NCBI GenBank assembly: GCA_039630085.1
Contig: JBCNVM010000001.1
Location: 98,706 to 122,705, forward strand
Direction: 5' to 3'
DNA length: 24,000 nucleotides
From: Candidatus Caldarchaeales archaeon
GTDB lineage: Archaea; Thermoproteota; Nitrososphaeria_A; Caldarchaeales; Calditenuaceae
Each line of letters begins with the position of its first letter. The stretch's first letter is position 1. Positions 8,494 through 16,365 of this stretch are shown here, piece by piece. Below the pieces are notes generated by a model. It was not told the origin of the DNA. It searched no databases and saw only the letters and a program-made list of their open reading frames with translations. The translations under genes and the position numbers were made by a program.

Positions 8494-8796
8494 TCAGTAC
8501 TGTCCGGCCTTGACGGTCTCGAGCAGGGAGATGGCCAGCCAGAGCTGCGTCCTGGTGTAGGAGGGGATGTTCCCGTCGGAGAGGACCTCCTCGATCATCT
8601 CGATCGCGTTCGCGGCCCTGACCGAGGGAGAGTACTTCTCGTTGAAGAGCTCGTCCATCGCGCCCTTCACCGCCTTCCTGAGGTTGCGGGGGGCGGTGTT
8701 GTCGTTCGCGATGGTCTCGAGTATCTGGGCTATCCTCTTCCTCTTCTCCTCCCACGACCACCCTCCAGACTCCACGACCCCTTCCCCCCCTTCCAC
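8494..8796 (-). CDS. UPF0147-family protein
   Basis: 'NTAPRNLRKAVKGAMDEL...SPSVRAANAIEMIEEVLSDGNIPSYTRTQLW' fits the UPF0147 pattern. CTTAATAC lies about 25 nt upstream of the ATG. Confidence 0.6.
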   Translation of the reverse strand: MEGGEGVVESGGWSWEEKRKRIAQILETIANDNTAPRNLRKAVKGAMDELFNEKYSPSVRAANAIEMIEEVLSDGNIPSYTRTQLWLAISLLETVKAGQY

Positions 8797-8860
8797 CGGG
8801 GGTCCGGGCCTTACGGTATTAAGATTTGCAGTCCGACTGCTCGGCGCGAAGGGCCCGGTT

Positions 8861-9901
8861 CTACCTGACCGGGCATCCCGGTAGGCGCGAGATGACCTTG
8901 GCCATCTCCACGTTCCTCCTCCAGCTCTCCGCGTCCCTCACCGCGACGATAATCACGCTGACGCTGTCCAGCATGACCGGCCGGTAGGACGTGTGGCTCA
9001 GGACCTCGTCCGCGAACTCCTTCAGCTCCTCGAACCTCGGGGACGCCGACTGGTCGAGCCTCCGCCTCGACTGTCCGAGCCACGCGTAGCCCTTGAACTC
9101 GACGAAGTTCGGCCTGAACCTGTTCACGATCTCCGCGTAACCCTTGGGGTCCTTCATGTTGAGGCCCTTGACGAGGGTCAGCCTGATAACAGTCCTGCTC
9201 CCCCTCCTCTCGAACTCGCCGAGCAGGGCGAGGCTCTCCATCACCCTCTCGTAGGCGTCGAGGACCACCGACTTCGTGACCCTCACGTATTCCTTGGGGT
9301 CGGTGGCGTAGACGCTGACGAAGAGGTTGGTCGGTATCGCGCCCTTCTCCAACATCTCCCTAAGCCTGTGGGGCATCGTGCCGTTGGTGACGAGGAACGT
9401 CGTCATCCCCCTCGAGTTGATCTCCTTGATCAGGTCCGCGATCATCGGGTACAGGGTCGGCTCGCCGTCAAGGGAGATCGCCACGTGGGCCGGTCTCATC
9501 GCCAGCCTGAAGTAAGCCCTGTCGGTCTTCGGGTTGCCCCCGAACCCGGAGAGGAGCTCCTTCTGGGCCCTCAGCATCTCGTCGACGACGGTCTTGGGGT
9601 CGTCCCAGTCGGCGCCGTGGGCCTTGTGTCTGAACGGCCCGAACGGCCTCCAGCACCAGGGGCATCCGAAGTTGCAGAAGTCGAGCGTTGGGGTCATCTG
9701 GATGCACCTCCCGGAGTCGATCCCGTAGATCGACTTGTAGCAGTTCCTCTCCCCCCTCAGCCTCGACTTCGTCCACCTGCAGACCTCGACCGCGGTGTGC
9801 CTGTGCTCCCCCAGGACCCTGTACCCTGCCCTCCTGTACCTCTCGAGTCTCGCCTCGTCCATCTTCACGAACTGGACGCCGGCCTCCGCGCCGTCGGCCA
9901 T
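8861..9901 (-). CDS. taw1: tRNA 4-demethylwyosine synthase (radical SAM, Taw1/TYW1)
   Basis: The radical-SAM motif is 'CNFGCPWC' (Cx3Cx2C). An upstream auxiliary Cys cluster 'CRWTK...CYKSIYGIDSGRCIQMTP' is typical of Taw1. Confidence 0.85.
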   Translation of the reverse strand: MADGAEAGVQFVKMDEARLERYRRAGYRVLGEHRHTAVEVCRWTKSRLRGERNCYKSIYGIDSGRCIQMTPTLDFCNFGCPWCWRPFGPFRHKAHGADWDDPKTVVDEMLRAQKELLSGFGGNPKTDRAYFRLAMRPAHVAISLDGEPTLYPMIADLIKEINSRGMTTFLVTNGTMPHRLREMLEKGAIPTNLFVSVYATDPKEYVRVTKSVVLDAYERVMESLALLGEFERRGSRTVIRLTLVKGLNMKDPKGYAEIVNRFRPNFVEFKGYAWLGQSRRRLDQSASPRFEELKEFADEVLSHTSYRPVMLDSVSVIIVAVRDAESWRRNVEMAKVISRLPGCPVR

Positions 9902-9959
9902 GTTCCCACCTCGTCACCGAGAGGCCGCCATAAGAGTTTGGGACCTGTGCGGGTGCGCG

Positions 9960-10979
<1,020 letters not shown>

Positions 10980-11082
10980 TCATACCTCGTTACCCGGGAA
11001 GGTCGGAGCGGCTGGCGCCTGTCCGATCAGGTCTCCGCAAGGTATTTAACAGGAGGGTGGCGAGAAATGGTGTCGGAGAAGT

Positions 11083-11589
11083 TTGTACTACATCGAGCCC
11101 TCCGAGGTCGTCAAGCTGACAGAGGTCTTCGGAGGCGAGGAGGCGACGAGGGTCGTCAAGCTGCTCCTGGAAGAGCCCGGGCTCTCTGACGAGGAGCTGG
11201 CCGGCAAGCTCGGGGTCGACGTCAAGCAGGTGAGGAAGACGCTCCACAGGCTCCTCGAGCTCTCCCTGGTCACGTACACGGTCAGCTTCGAGAAGGAGAA
11301 CGGCAAGAGGACCTTCAGGTGGAGGCTCCAGCTGGAGCAGGTGGTGAGCGCGGTCCGCGGCCAGGCGATCAGGATCATCGAGAGGCTGAAGATGCTGAGG
11401 GAGTTCTACTCGTCGAACGTCGTCTACTGGTGCGGTAACGCGAGCTGCAGGAAGCTCGACTTCTCGACCTCGGTCGACCACTTCTTCAAGTGCCCTTACT
11501 GCGGCAACCAGCTCCAGCCCTACGACCCCTCTGAGATGCTGAGGGCGATCGACGAGAAGATAGCCGAGCTCAGCAAGCTTCTGAGATGA
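11083..11589 (+). CDS. tfe: Transcription factor E (TFE alpha)
   Basis: An N-terminal winged helix ('EEATRVVKLLLEEPGLSDEELAGKLGVDVKQVRKTLHRL') is followed by a zinc ribbon ('CGNASC...CPYCGN'). The start is TTG with GGAG 6 nt upstream, and TATTTAAC lies about 37 nt upstream. Confidence 0.8.
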   Translation: MYYIEPSEVVKLTEVFGGEEATRVVKLLLEEPGLSDEELAGKLGVDVKQVRKTLHRLLELSLVTYTVSFEKENGKRTFRWRLQLEQVVSAVRGQAIRIIERLKMLREFYSSNVVYWCGNASCRKLDFSTSVDHFFKCPYCGNQLQPYDPSEMLRAIDEKIAELSKLLR

Positions 11590-12155
11590 GCAGGGTCACG
11601 GTCCTGAGGCTCTTCCACAGGGTCGGGAGGGACGACAGGGTCACCGCCCACGTGGCGCTGACCGCGAGGGCCTTCGGCGCGTCGGGGGTCGTCGTCTCCG
11701 GCGACAGGGACGACGGGCTGATCGAGTCGATCAGGAAGGTGACCGAGGAGTGGGGAGGGCCCTTCGACATCTCCTTCGTCGGTGACTGGGAGGGCTACCT
11801 GAGGGAGCGGAAGTCCGCGGGCGATGTCCTAGTCCATCTGACGATGTACGGGGTGAGCCTGCTCGACGTCATCGGGGAGATCCGGGACCAGCTCGGCCGG
11901 AGGGGAGTGGTCGTGGTGGTCGGGTCCAGCAAGGTACCGAGGGTCGTCTACGAGCTGGCCGACTACAACGTCTCGATCGGGAACCAGCCCCACAGCGAGG
12001 TCGCCGCGCTCGCGGTCTTCCTCGACAGGCTCCTCGAGGGCCGAGTCTTCAGGGCCGAGTTCCAAGACGCCAAGCTGAAGGTCGTCCCGGACCCGAGGGG
12101 GAAGAGGGTCGTGAGGCTGAGGGGAGGTAACCTTAAGAGCGAAGCGTGGGACTGA
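11586..12155 (+). CDS. trm56: tRNA (cytidine56-2'-O)-methyltransferase (SPOUT, aTrm56)
   Basis: 'VLRLFHRVGRDDRVTAHVALTARAFGA' and 'VVVGSSKVP..YELADYNVSIGNQPHSEVAALAVFLDRL' match the aTrm56 pattern. It overlaps the tfe stop in ATGA. Confidence 0.85.
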   Translation: MSRVTVLRLFHRVGRDDRVTAHVALTARAFGASGVVVSGDRDDGLIESIRKVTEEWGGPFDISFVGDWEGYLRERKSAGDVLVHLTMYGVSLLDVIGEIRDQLGRRGVVVVVGSSKVPRVVYELADYNVSIGNQPHSEVAALAVFLDRLLEGRVFRAEFQDAKLKVVPDPRGKRVVRLRGGNLKSEAWD

Positions 12156-12164
12156 GATCGAGCG

Positions 12165-12211
12165 GGGGCCGTGGTCTAGCGGCATGACGCCGCCCTCACA
12201 CGGCGGAGGTC
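12165..12211 (+). pseudogene. Truncated, intron-less tRNA-Val(CAC) 5' fragment (tRNA positions 1-48 only)
   Basis: GGGGCCG-TG-GTCT-AGCGGCA-TGAC-G-CCGCC-CTCACAC-GGCGG-AGGTC, followed by sequence that cannot form a T-arm or a 3' acceptor strand. Confidence 0.6.
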
Positions 12212-12232
12212 GGAGATGCTAACACGGTTTCC

Positions 12233-12239
12233 TTTATTA
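12233..12239 (+). promoter_or_regulatory. TATA box (TTTATTA) for tRNA-Val
   Basis: Centred 27 nt upstream of tRNA position 1 (12263). Confidence 0.5.
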
Positions 12240-12262
12240 CAAGGCTAGGAGCTTTTACGGCA

Positions 12263-12353
12263 GGGGCCGTGGTCTAGGGGTATGACGCCGCTCTCACATG
12301 ACTGATGTCGGGGGAGGCAGCGGCAGCCGTGGGTTCGAGTCCCACCGGCCCCA
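12263..12353 (+). tRNA. tRNA-Val (anticodon CAC) with a 19-nt intron after position 37
   Basis: Manual cloverleaf: acceptor GGGGCCG/CGGCCCC, D-arm GTCT..TGAC, anticodon stem CCGCT/AGCGG, loop CTCACA|intron|C, T-arm GTGGG-TTCGAGT-CCCAC, discriminator A. The intron spans 12299-12317. Confidence 0.85.
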
Positions 12354-12379
12354 TCGTGATTTTATACATCTTGCACTGG

Positions 12380-12388
12380 AAAATTATC
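12380..12388 (+). promoter_or_regulatory. TATA-like box (AAAATTATC) upstream of the orphan ORF
   Basis: Centred about 27 nt upstream of the ATG at 12413. A second box, TTTTATAC, lies at 12360-12367. Confidence 0.35.
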
Positions 12389-12412
12389 TTGTATCGGTGC
12401 GATCAGAATAAT

Positions 12413-12805
12413 ATGAGTGACTGTGAAGAGGGAAAAAGAGGGGGGAGCGCTTCGTCGGATTCTCCTCAGCGTTTTCTGAAATCGAAGCCGAAAAGAGAAT
12501 TTCGTCTTTCCGTCTCCGCCGACGTCTGCTGCCTCTTCTGCAACGCCGAGCAGGCGCTCTTCCTTATGACCGCGACAGACCTCGCTATTATCGGGAAGCC
12601 TGCCTGTGCAGCGCTGGCCAAGGCCCTGAACGAGAAGAGGGCTGTGATCAGCATGGGGTGCACCGCGAGCAGGACTAGGGCTGGCTACGGCCCTGACGAG
12701 CTGGTCGCCTTCATACCAGCCGAGAAGCTAGAGCAGGTCGTGATGTCGCTCCGCGTGGTGGTCCCGATCGAGAGAAAGGTCCGCGAAATCGCCAAGTCGA
12801 AGTAA
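12413..12805 (+). CDS. Hypothetical Cys-containing protein (130 aa), no family recognised
   Basis: ATG downstream of a TATA-like box. GC3 rises to genome-typical levels from about codon 33. A T5 run lies about 45 nt after the stop. The first 36 codons of the track ORF overlap the tRNA and were discarded. Confidence 0.45.
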   Translation: MSDCEEGKRGGSASSDSPQRFLKSKPKREFRLSVSADVCCLFCNAEQALFLMTATDLAIIGKPACAALAKALNEKRAVISMGCTASRTRAGYGPDELVAFIPAEKLEQVVMSLRVVVPIERKVREIAKSK

Positions 12806-12846
12806 TCTCCGCACACGCGGGACCGGCGAACAACTACCTGGCTCTC

Positions 12847-12857
12847 AATTTTTCTCC
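12847..12857 (+). terminator. Oligo-T tract (AATTTTTCTCC), putative archaeal terminator
   Basis: A T5 run downstream of the orphan ORF stop. T-runs are rare in this GC-rich window. Confidence 0.4.
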
Positions 12858-12959
12858 GAAGACTCGTCGTCCGTAATACTGTCCGGACTGAAGCTGGACG
12901 CGTGACGAGGCTCAACCGTTTTTACCTCGAGGGGCGCAATACGTCAGGGTGTCGCGCGC

Positions 12960-13586
12960 ATGGCCTACCAGATCAGGGTAGGCGTCACAACCTTCCAGGG
13001 CGACGTGGAGGAGCACCTGCTCGCGCTGAGGGAGGCGATGAGGAAGCTCAATGTGAGGGGTGAGGCGGTGACCGCGAAGCTCCCGGAGGAGATCGAGCAG
13101 CTCGACGCGGTCGTCGTCCCGGGAGGCGAGAGCACGGTGATGGGGAGGCTCGCACAGCGGTCGAGGTCGCTCGACGTCCTCAGGAGGAGGGTCCTCGAGG
13201 GCCTTCCGGTCCTCGGCACCTGCGCCGGCCTCATCTTCCTCGCGAGCAGGGTCTACGACAGGGTCGTCGGCGAGACGAGGCAACCGATACTCGGGGTCCT
13301 CGACGTCACGGTCGAGCGGAACTCCTACGGCAGGCAGAGGGACTCCTTCGAGGTGCAGATACCGGTGCCGGCCCTCGGGAGGGAGGGCTTCAGGGCGGTC
13401 TTCATCAGGGCTCCCTCGATCGTCGAGGTGGGGCCGGAGGTGGAGGTCCTAGCTAGGTACGCCGAGAGGCCGGTCGCGGTCAGGCAGGGCTCGATCTACG
13501 GTACGACCTTCCACCCAGAGCTCTCCGGCGACACGGCTTTCCACGAGGTCCTCGTCGAGGAGGCCCTCAGGTTCAGCAGGCGGTGA
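12960..13586 (+). CDS. pdxT: Pyridoxal 5'-phosphate synthase glutaminase subunit
   Basis: 'VVVPGGESTV', the catalytic 'GTCAGLIFL' and 'TTFHPELS' are class I amidotransferase PdxT motifs. Confidence 0.9.
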   Translation: MAYQIRVGVTTFQGDVEEHLLALREAMRKLNVRGEAVTAKLPEEIEQLDAVVVPGGESTVMGRLAQRSRSLDVLRRRVLEGLPVLGTCAGLIFLASRVYDRVVGETRQPILGVLDVTVERNSYGRQRDSFEVQIPVPALGREGFRAVFIRAPSIVEVGPEVEVLARYAERPVAVRQGSIYGTTFHPELSGDTAFHEVLVEEALRFSRR

Positions 13587-13647
13587 CCCTCCGAGCTCGC
13601 CGACCCTTCACGGCAAGACTTTTATCAGTTCCTGAGAGGCCGAGGGC

Positions 13648-14097
13648 GTGGTCAACTACTGGCTGATGAGCGCGAAGGACCACAGGGGCCGCGACGGCAA
13701 GCCGGTCCCCGCGAGGTCGGTCGTCGAGAGGAGGGTTGCGAACGGCGTCTGGTTCGTCTCCTACAGGAACCCCTACCTCAGGAAAGTCAGTCCCGGAGAC
13801 GTCGGGATATTGCTCGCTCTCGGGAGGGAGAGGAAGGAGCTGCTCGGGGACTGCAGGGTGATCGGCGGGCCCTATCCGGTCGATGCGGCGCGGGCCGCGC
13901 TGATCGAGGGGCCTCCGTCATCGGCGCTCACCCATTACCTCAAGATCGAGGGGAAGCTCTGGCCACAGCCGAAGGACCTGATGGACTACCTGGGGAGGCT
14001 GAGCTTCGTCGGGGAGACCTCGAGGTGGTACGCGTACTTCCAAGGAGGTCTGAAGCCGCTGACCGAGGCCGACGTCGCTGTCCTGCTCTCCCGTTAG
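13648..14097 (+). CDS. Hypothetical protein, possibly with a PUA-like/EVE-like fold
   Basis: The GTG start lies 26 nt downstream of CTTTTATC. The N-terminal 'NYWLMSAK' and overall beta-rich pattern resemble EVE/ASCH-type domains. This is a weak, motif-level impression only. Confidence 0.4.
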   Translation: MVNYWLMSAKDHRGRDGKPVPARSVVERRVANGVWFVSYRNPYLRKVSPGDVGILLALGRERKELLGDCRVIGGPYPVDAARAALIEGPPSSALTHYLKIEGKLWPQPKDLMDYLGRLSFVGETSRWYAYFQGGLKPLTEADVAVLLSR

Positions 14098-14783
14098 GGC
14101 GCGACTAGGTAGGGCCTTACGTACTTCTCGAAGAGCCTCCTCCTCTCTGGTTGTGAGAGCTCCACGTAGCCCGTTGCCGGCGAGATGTAGGCTACCTCGA
14201 TGCTGTCCCCGCTCCCTATGTCCCTCCTTATCGCGACCGCGACCGCCTTGTAGGCCAGCTCGATCGCCTCGTCGAGGCCCATCCCGTCCCTGAACTCGGA
14301 CTCGAGGACGCCCAGCGCGATCGGGGAGCCAGAGCCGGTGCTGATGACCTTCTCCTCGGTTATTCCGCCGAACGGGTCGATGTTGAAGATGTGGGGCCCG
14401 GCCTCGTCGTAACCCCCGATCAGGAGCTGGGTCTGATACGGGAAGAACCTGTAGTAGAACATGTACGTCGAGAGGAGCGTCGCCGCTGCCCTCACCTGCA
14501 TCGGCCTGCCCTGAACGACCTGGTAGTGCCTGACGTTCGCCCTCAGCAGGTCCACTAGGGCCTGAGCGTCCGCGACCCTCCCGGCTATCGTCATCGCCAT
14601 GTTGTCGGCCACCTTGTGGATCTTCTTCGCGCGCTTGTGGGCGATGAAGAAGCCGGCAGTGGCCCTCGTGTCGGTCGCGAAGACGACGAGGTCGTTCACC
14701 GTGAAGGCGAGCGTCGTCGTCCCGGTCTTCAGCGGCCGCGGTCCTGCGCCGGCGTCGCTGCCGAACATTCCGGTCGACTCCAC
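14094..14783 (-). CDS. psmB: Proteasome subunit beta
   Basis: A propeptide is followed by 'GTTTLAF' (catalytic Thr1), with 'GSGS' and the overall Ntn-hydrolase pattern. A possible alternative ATG lies at 14768. Confidence 0.9.
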   Translation of the reverse strand: MESTGMFGSDAGAGPRPLKTGTTTLAFTVNDLVVFATDTRATAGFFIAHKRAKKIHKVADNMAMTIAGRVADAQALVDLLRANVRHYQVVQGRPMQVRAAATLLSTYMFYYRFFPYQTQLLIGGYDEAGPHIFNIDPFGGITEEKVISTGSGSPIALGVLESEFRDGMGLDEAIELAYKAVAVAIRRDIGSGDSIEVAYISPATGYVELSQPERRRLFEKYVRPYLVAP

Positions 14784-14850
14784 CCTCCTCCCACTAAAAA
14801 GTTGTTCGCGAGCGGACGTGACGCGGTCCGGAGCAGATCCGACGTCACCT

Positions 14851-14858
14851 CTTTATCC
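14851..14858 (+). promoter_or_regulatory. TATA box (CTTTATCC) for tRNA-Asn
   Basis: Centred about 28 nt upstream of tRNA position 1 (14883). Confidence 0.5.
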
Positions 14859-14882
14859 TTCTGCGAACCTGTCGGTCGATGA

Positions 14883-14980
14883 GGGCCCGTAGCTCAGCGG
14901 TAGAGCGCCCGGCTGTTAACCGGATGGCGGGCGCGGGGCTCGCCCGGGAGAGGTCGTGGGTTCGAGTCCCACCGGGCCCG
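14883..14980 (+). tRNA. tRNA-Asn (anticodon GTT) with an insert of about 24-26 nt 3' of the anticodon loop
   Basis: Acceptor GGGCCCG/CGGGCCC, D-arm GCTC..GAGC, anticodon stem 5' strand CCCGG, loop CTGTTAA, T-arm GTGGG-TTCGAGT-CCCAC. The best mature form requires removing 14924-14949. Confidence 0.85.
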
Positions 14981-15033
14981 CTCTCTTCTGCGGCTCTCGG
15001 TCCGCGAAGAGGGGTTCGATAGGCGCATCGCTT

Positions 15034-15693
15034 TCAGTCGCTCCCGACCGGCGTCGTGCCCGACGCGAGCATCTTCCTCGCCAAGTAGACAGCGGACCCG
15101 AGGGCACCGGACTCAGCCGCGTGGTAGCTCCTCGCTCCGGCGATCAGCATGACGTCGCCGTCGTTGGGGCATAGCTCGTCCAGCAGCTTCCTCGCGAACC
15201 CGGGGTGCTCCTCAGAGATATCGCTGACCTCAGGCATCAGCACCCTCCCCATGACGTAGCTCAGGACCATAGCGGCCTCCGCCCCGTGCCTGATCGCCTC
15301 GTCTCGCTCGTCGAGCCCCCTCCCCACGTGTCCCGAGGCCCTCCTGACGATGACCCCGACGCTGTGCTCGTAACTCCAGACCTCGTCGAGCCTGATGGGC
15401 TTCGGCTCGGTCATCAACTCAGACAGCCCCTTGAGGAACTCCCTGCCGCGGTCGCTCAGGATGCACCCCGACCTGATCACGTTCACGAGTCCACGCTGGG
15501 CCAGCCTCCTGATGATCGTCCTCGCTGTACCCTCTCCGACGCCGAGCCTCGCGCCCAGAGCCGACCTGCTGATCATGTTCTCCCTGCTGAGCGCGAAGAG
15601 GGCCCTCAGGTAGATCACGGGACCGAGGGGGACGCCCTGACCCAGCCTTCCGGCCCCCTCGAGGAGAAGGTCCCGAGGCCCCTCCGCCCTCAA
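15034..15693 (-). CDS. Winged-helix regulator-like protein with a C-terminal uncharacterised domain (DUF4443-like)
   Basis: The N-terminal wHTH is 'ISRSALGARLGVGEGTARTIIRRLAQRGLV'. The C-terminal domain has a 'GRG' motif. The start is uncertain (TTG at 15693). Confidence 0.5.
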   Translation of the reverse strand: MRAEGPRDLLLEGAGRLGQGVPLGPVIYLRALFALSRENMISRSALGARLGVGEGTARTIIRRLAQRGLVNVIRSGCILSDRGREFLKGLSELMTEPKPIRLDEVWSYEHSVGVIVRRASGHVGRGLDERDEAIRHGAEAAMVLSYVMGRVLMPEVSDISEEHPGFARKLLDELCPNDGDVMLIAGARSYHAAESGALGSAVYLARKMLASGTTPVGSD

Positions 15694-15762
15694 GCCCTCG
15701 GAACTTATTCCCGCCGTCTGTAGTTAAGTTTTTAACGCGTGTCCCCCTCTTCCCGGTCGATC

Positions 15763-16281
15763 TTAGAGCAGGGCGACCTGCGGCTCGATCGGCGTCCTCA
15801 AGCTGTAGATCGCCGGGCACCGGTCCTTCGCCTCCTCCACCAGCCGCTCCATCACCTCCCTCGGCGCGTCGCCGGAGAGCTTGACCTCGAACCTCACCGA
15901 CCTGACGATCGGCCGGTCATGGACGCCCAGCGGCTTCGAGAAGTCGACCTCGCACGACCCCTTGACCTCCGCGCCCGTGAGCCTCACTCCCCTCTCCGCC
16001 GCGATCCCGACGAGCGTCGCCATGAAGCACGACGCCATCCCGACCAGGCAGTAGTGCATCGGGCCGGGCCTGCTCCCGCTCCCTCCGAGGAAGCTCGGCG
16101 AGTCGACCTCGATCCTGAACTCTCCCGACTCGGCCCTGCACCTCGCGACGAACTGGACTTCTCCCGGCTCTGTGACCCAGTGTCCGCTCACCTCGATCGT
16201 CCTGACGGCCTTCGTCGGGTCCGACTTCAGCAGCTCAATGGTCCCAGAGACCTTCTCGATGTCGACGTTGTTGAACCTCAC
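15763..16281 (-). CDS. OsmC/Ohr-family peroxiredoxin-like protein
   Basis: Two conserved Cys contexts ('GMASCFMAT', 'KDRCPAIYSL') and a length of 172 aa. The GTG start lies 26 nt downstream of TTTATA (16305-16310). Confidence 0.8.
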   Translation of the reverse strand: MRFNNVDIEKVSGTIELLKSDPTKAVRTIEVSGHWVTEPGEVQFVARCRAESGEFRIEVDSPSFLGGSGSRPGPMHYCLVGMASCFMATLVGIAAERGVRLTGAEVKGSCEVDFSKPLGVHDRPIVRSVRFEVKLSGDAPREVMERLVEEAKDRCPAIYSLRTPIEPQVALL

Positions 16282-16303
16282 GCCCGTGCGGCCATCGGCG
16301 CGG

Positions 16304-16311
16304 CTATAAAC
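16304..16311 (-). promoter_or_regulatory. TATA box for the OsmC gene
   Basis: TTTATAG on the minus strand, centred 26-27 nt from the GTG at 16281, which implies a leaderless transcript. Confidence 0.5.
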
Positions 16312-16331
16312 GTGCGACCTTCACTCGTGAA

Positions 16332-16339
16332 CTTAATAC
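16332..16339 (+). promoter_or_regulatory. TATA box (CTTAATAC) for pheS
   Basis: Centred about 30 nt upstream of the TTG at 16366. Confidence 0.5.
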
Positions 16340-16365
16340 GATGCCCGTCGGGTCGGGACCCGGAA

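Noticed and set aside
11067-11177. ATG-initiated 36-codon ORF just upstream of tfe
   Set aside because: It is in a different frame from the TFE winged-helix sequence and its translation is Arg/Gly-rich. The tfe frame has no ATG or GTG before the TTG at 11083. Nothing requires a frameshift.
12165-12353. Two tRNA-Val 5' regions sharing one 3' exon (T-arm plus acceptor) by excision of 12212-12328
   Set aside because: Joining 12211 to 12329 would give a perfect cloverleaf. However, I could not build a bulge-helix-bulge motif at those junctions (GAGG vs GCAG do not pair), and both versions would decode the same codon. I kept it only as something to test in finding 1.
12305-12412. First 36 codons of track ORF 12305..12805
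   Set aside because: They overlap the 3' half of tRNA-Val and the AT-rich promoter region. I considered an SSV-type split-integrase reading, but the product has no tyrosine-recombinase motifs.
15739-16365. N-terminal 209 codons of the 720-aa track ORF for pheS
   Set aside because: This part runs antisense through the well-supported osmC gene and is Arg/Pro-rich. The pheS-like sequence only begins near 16366, where a TTG lies about 30 nt downstream of a TATA box.
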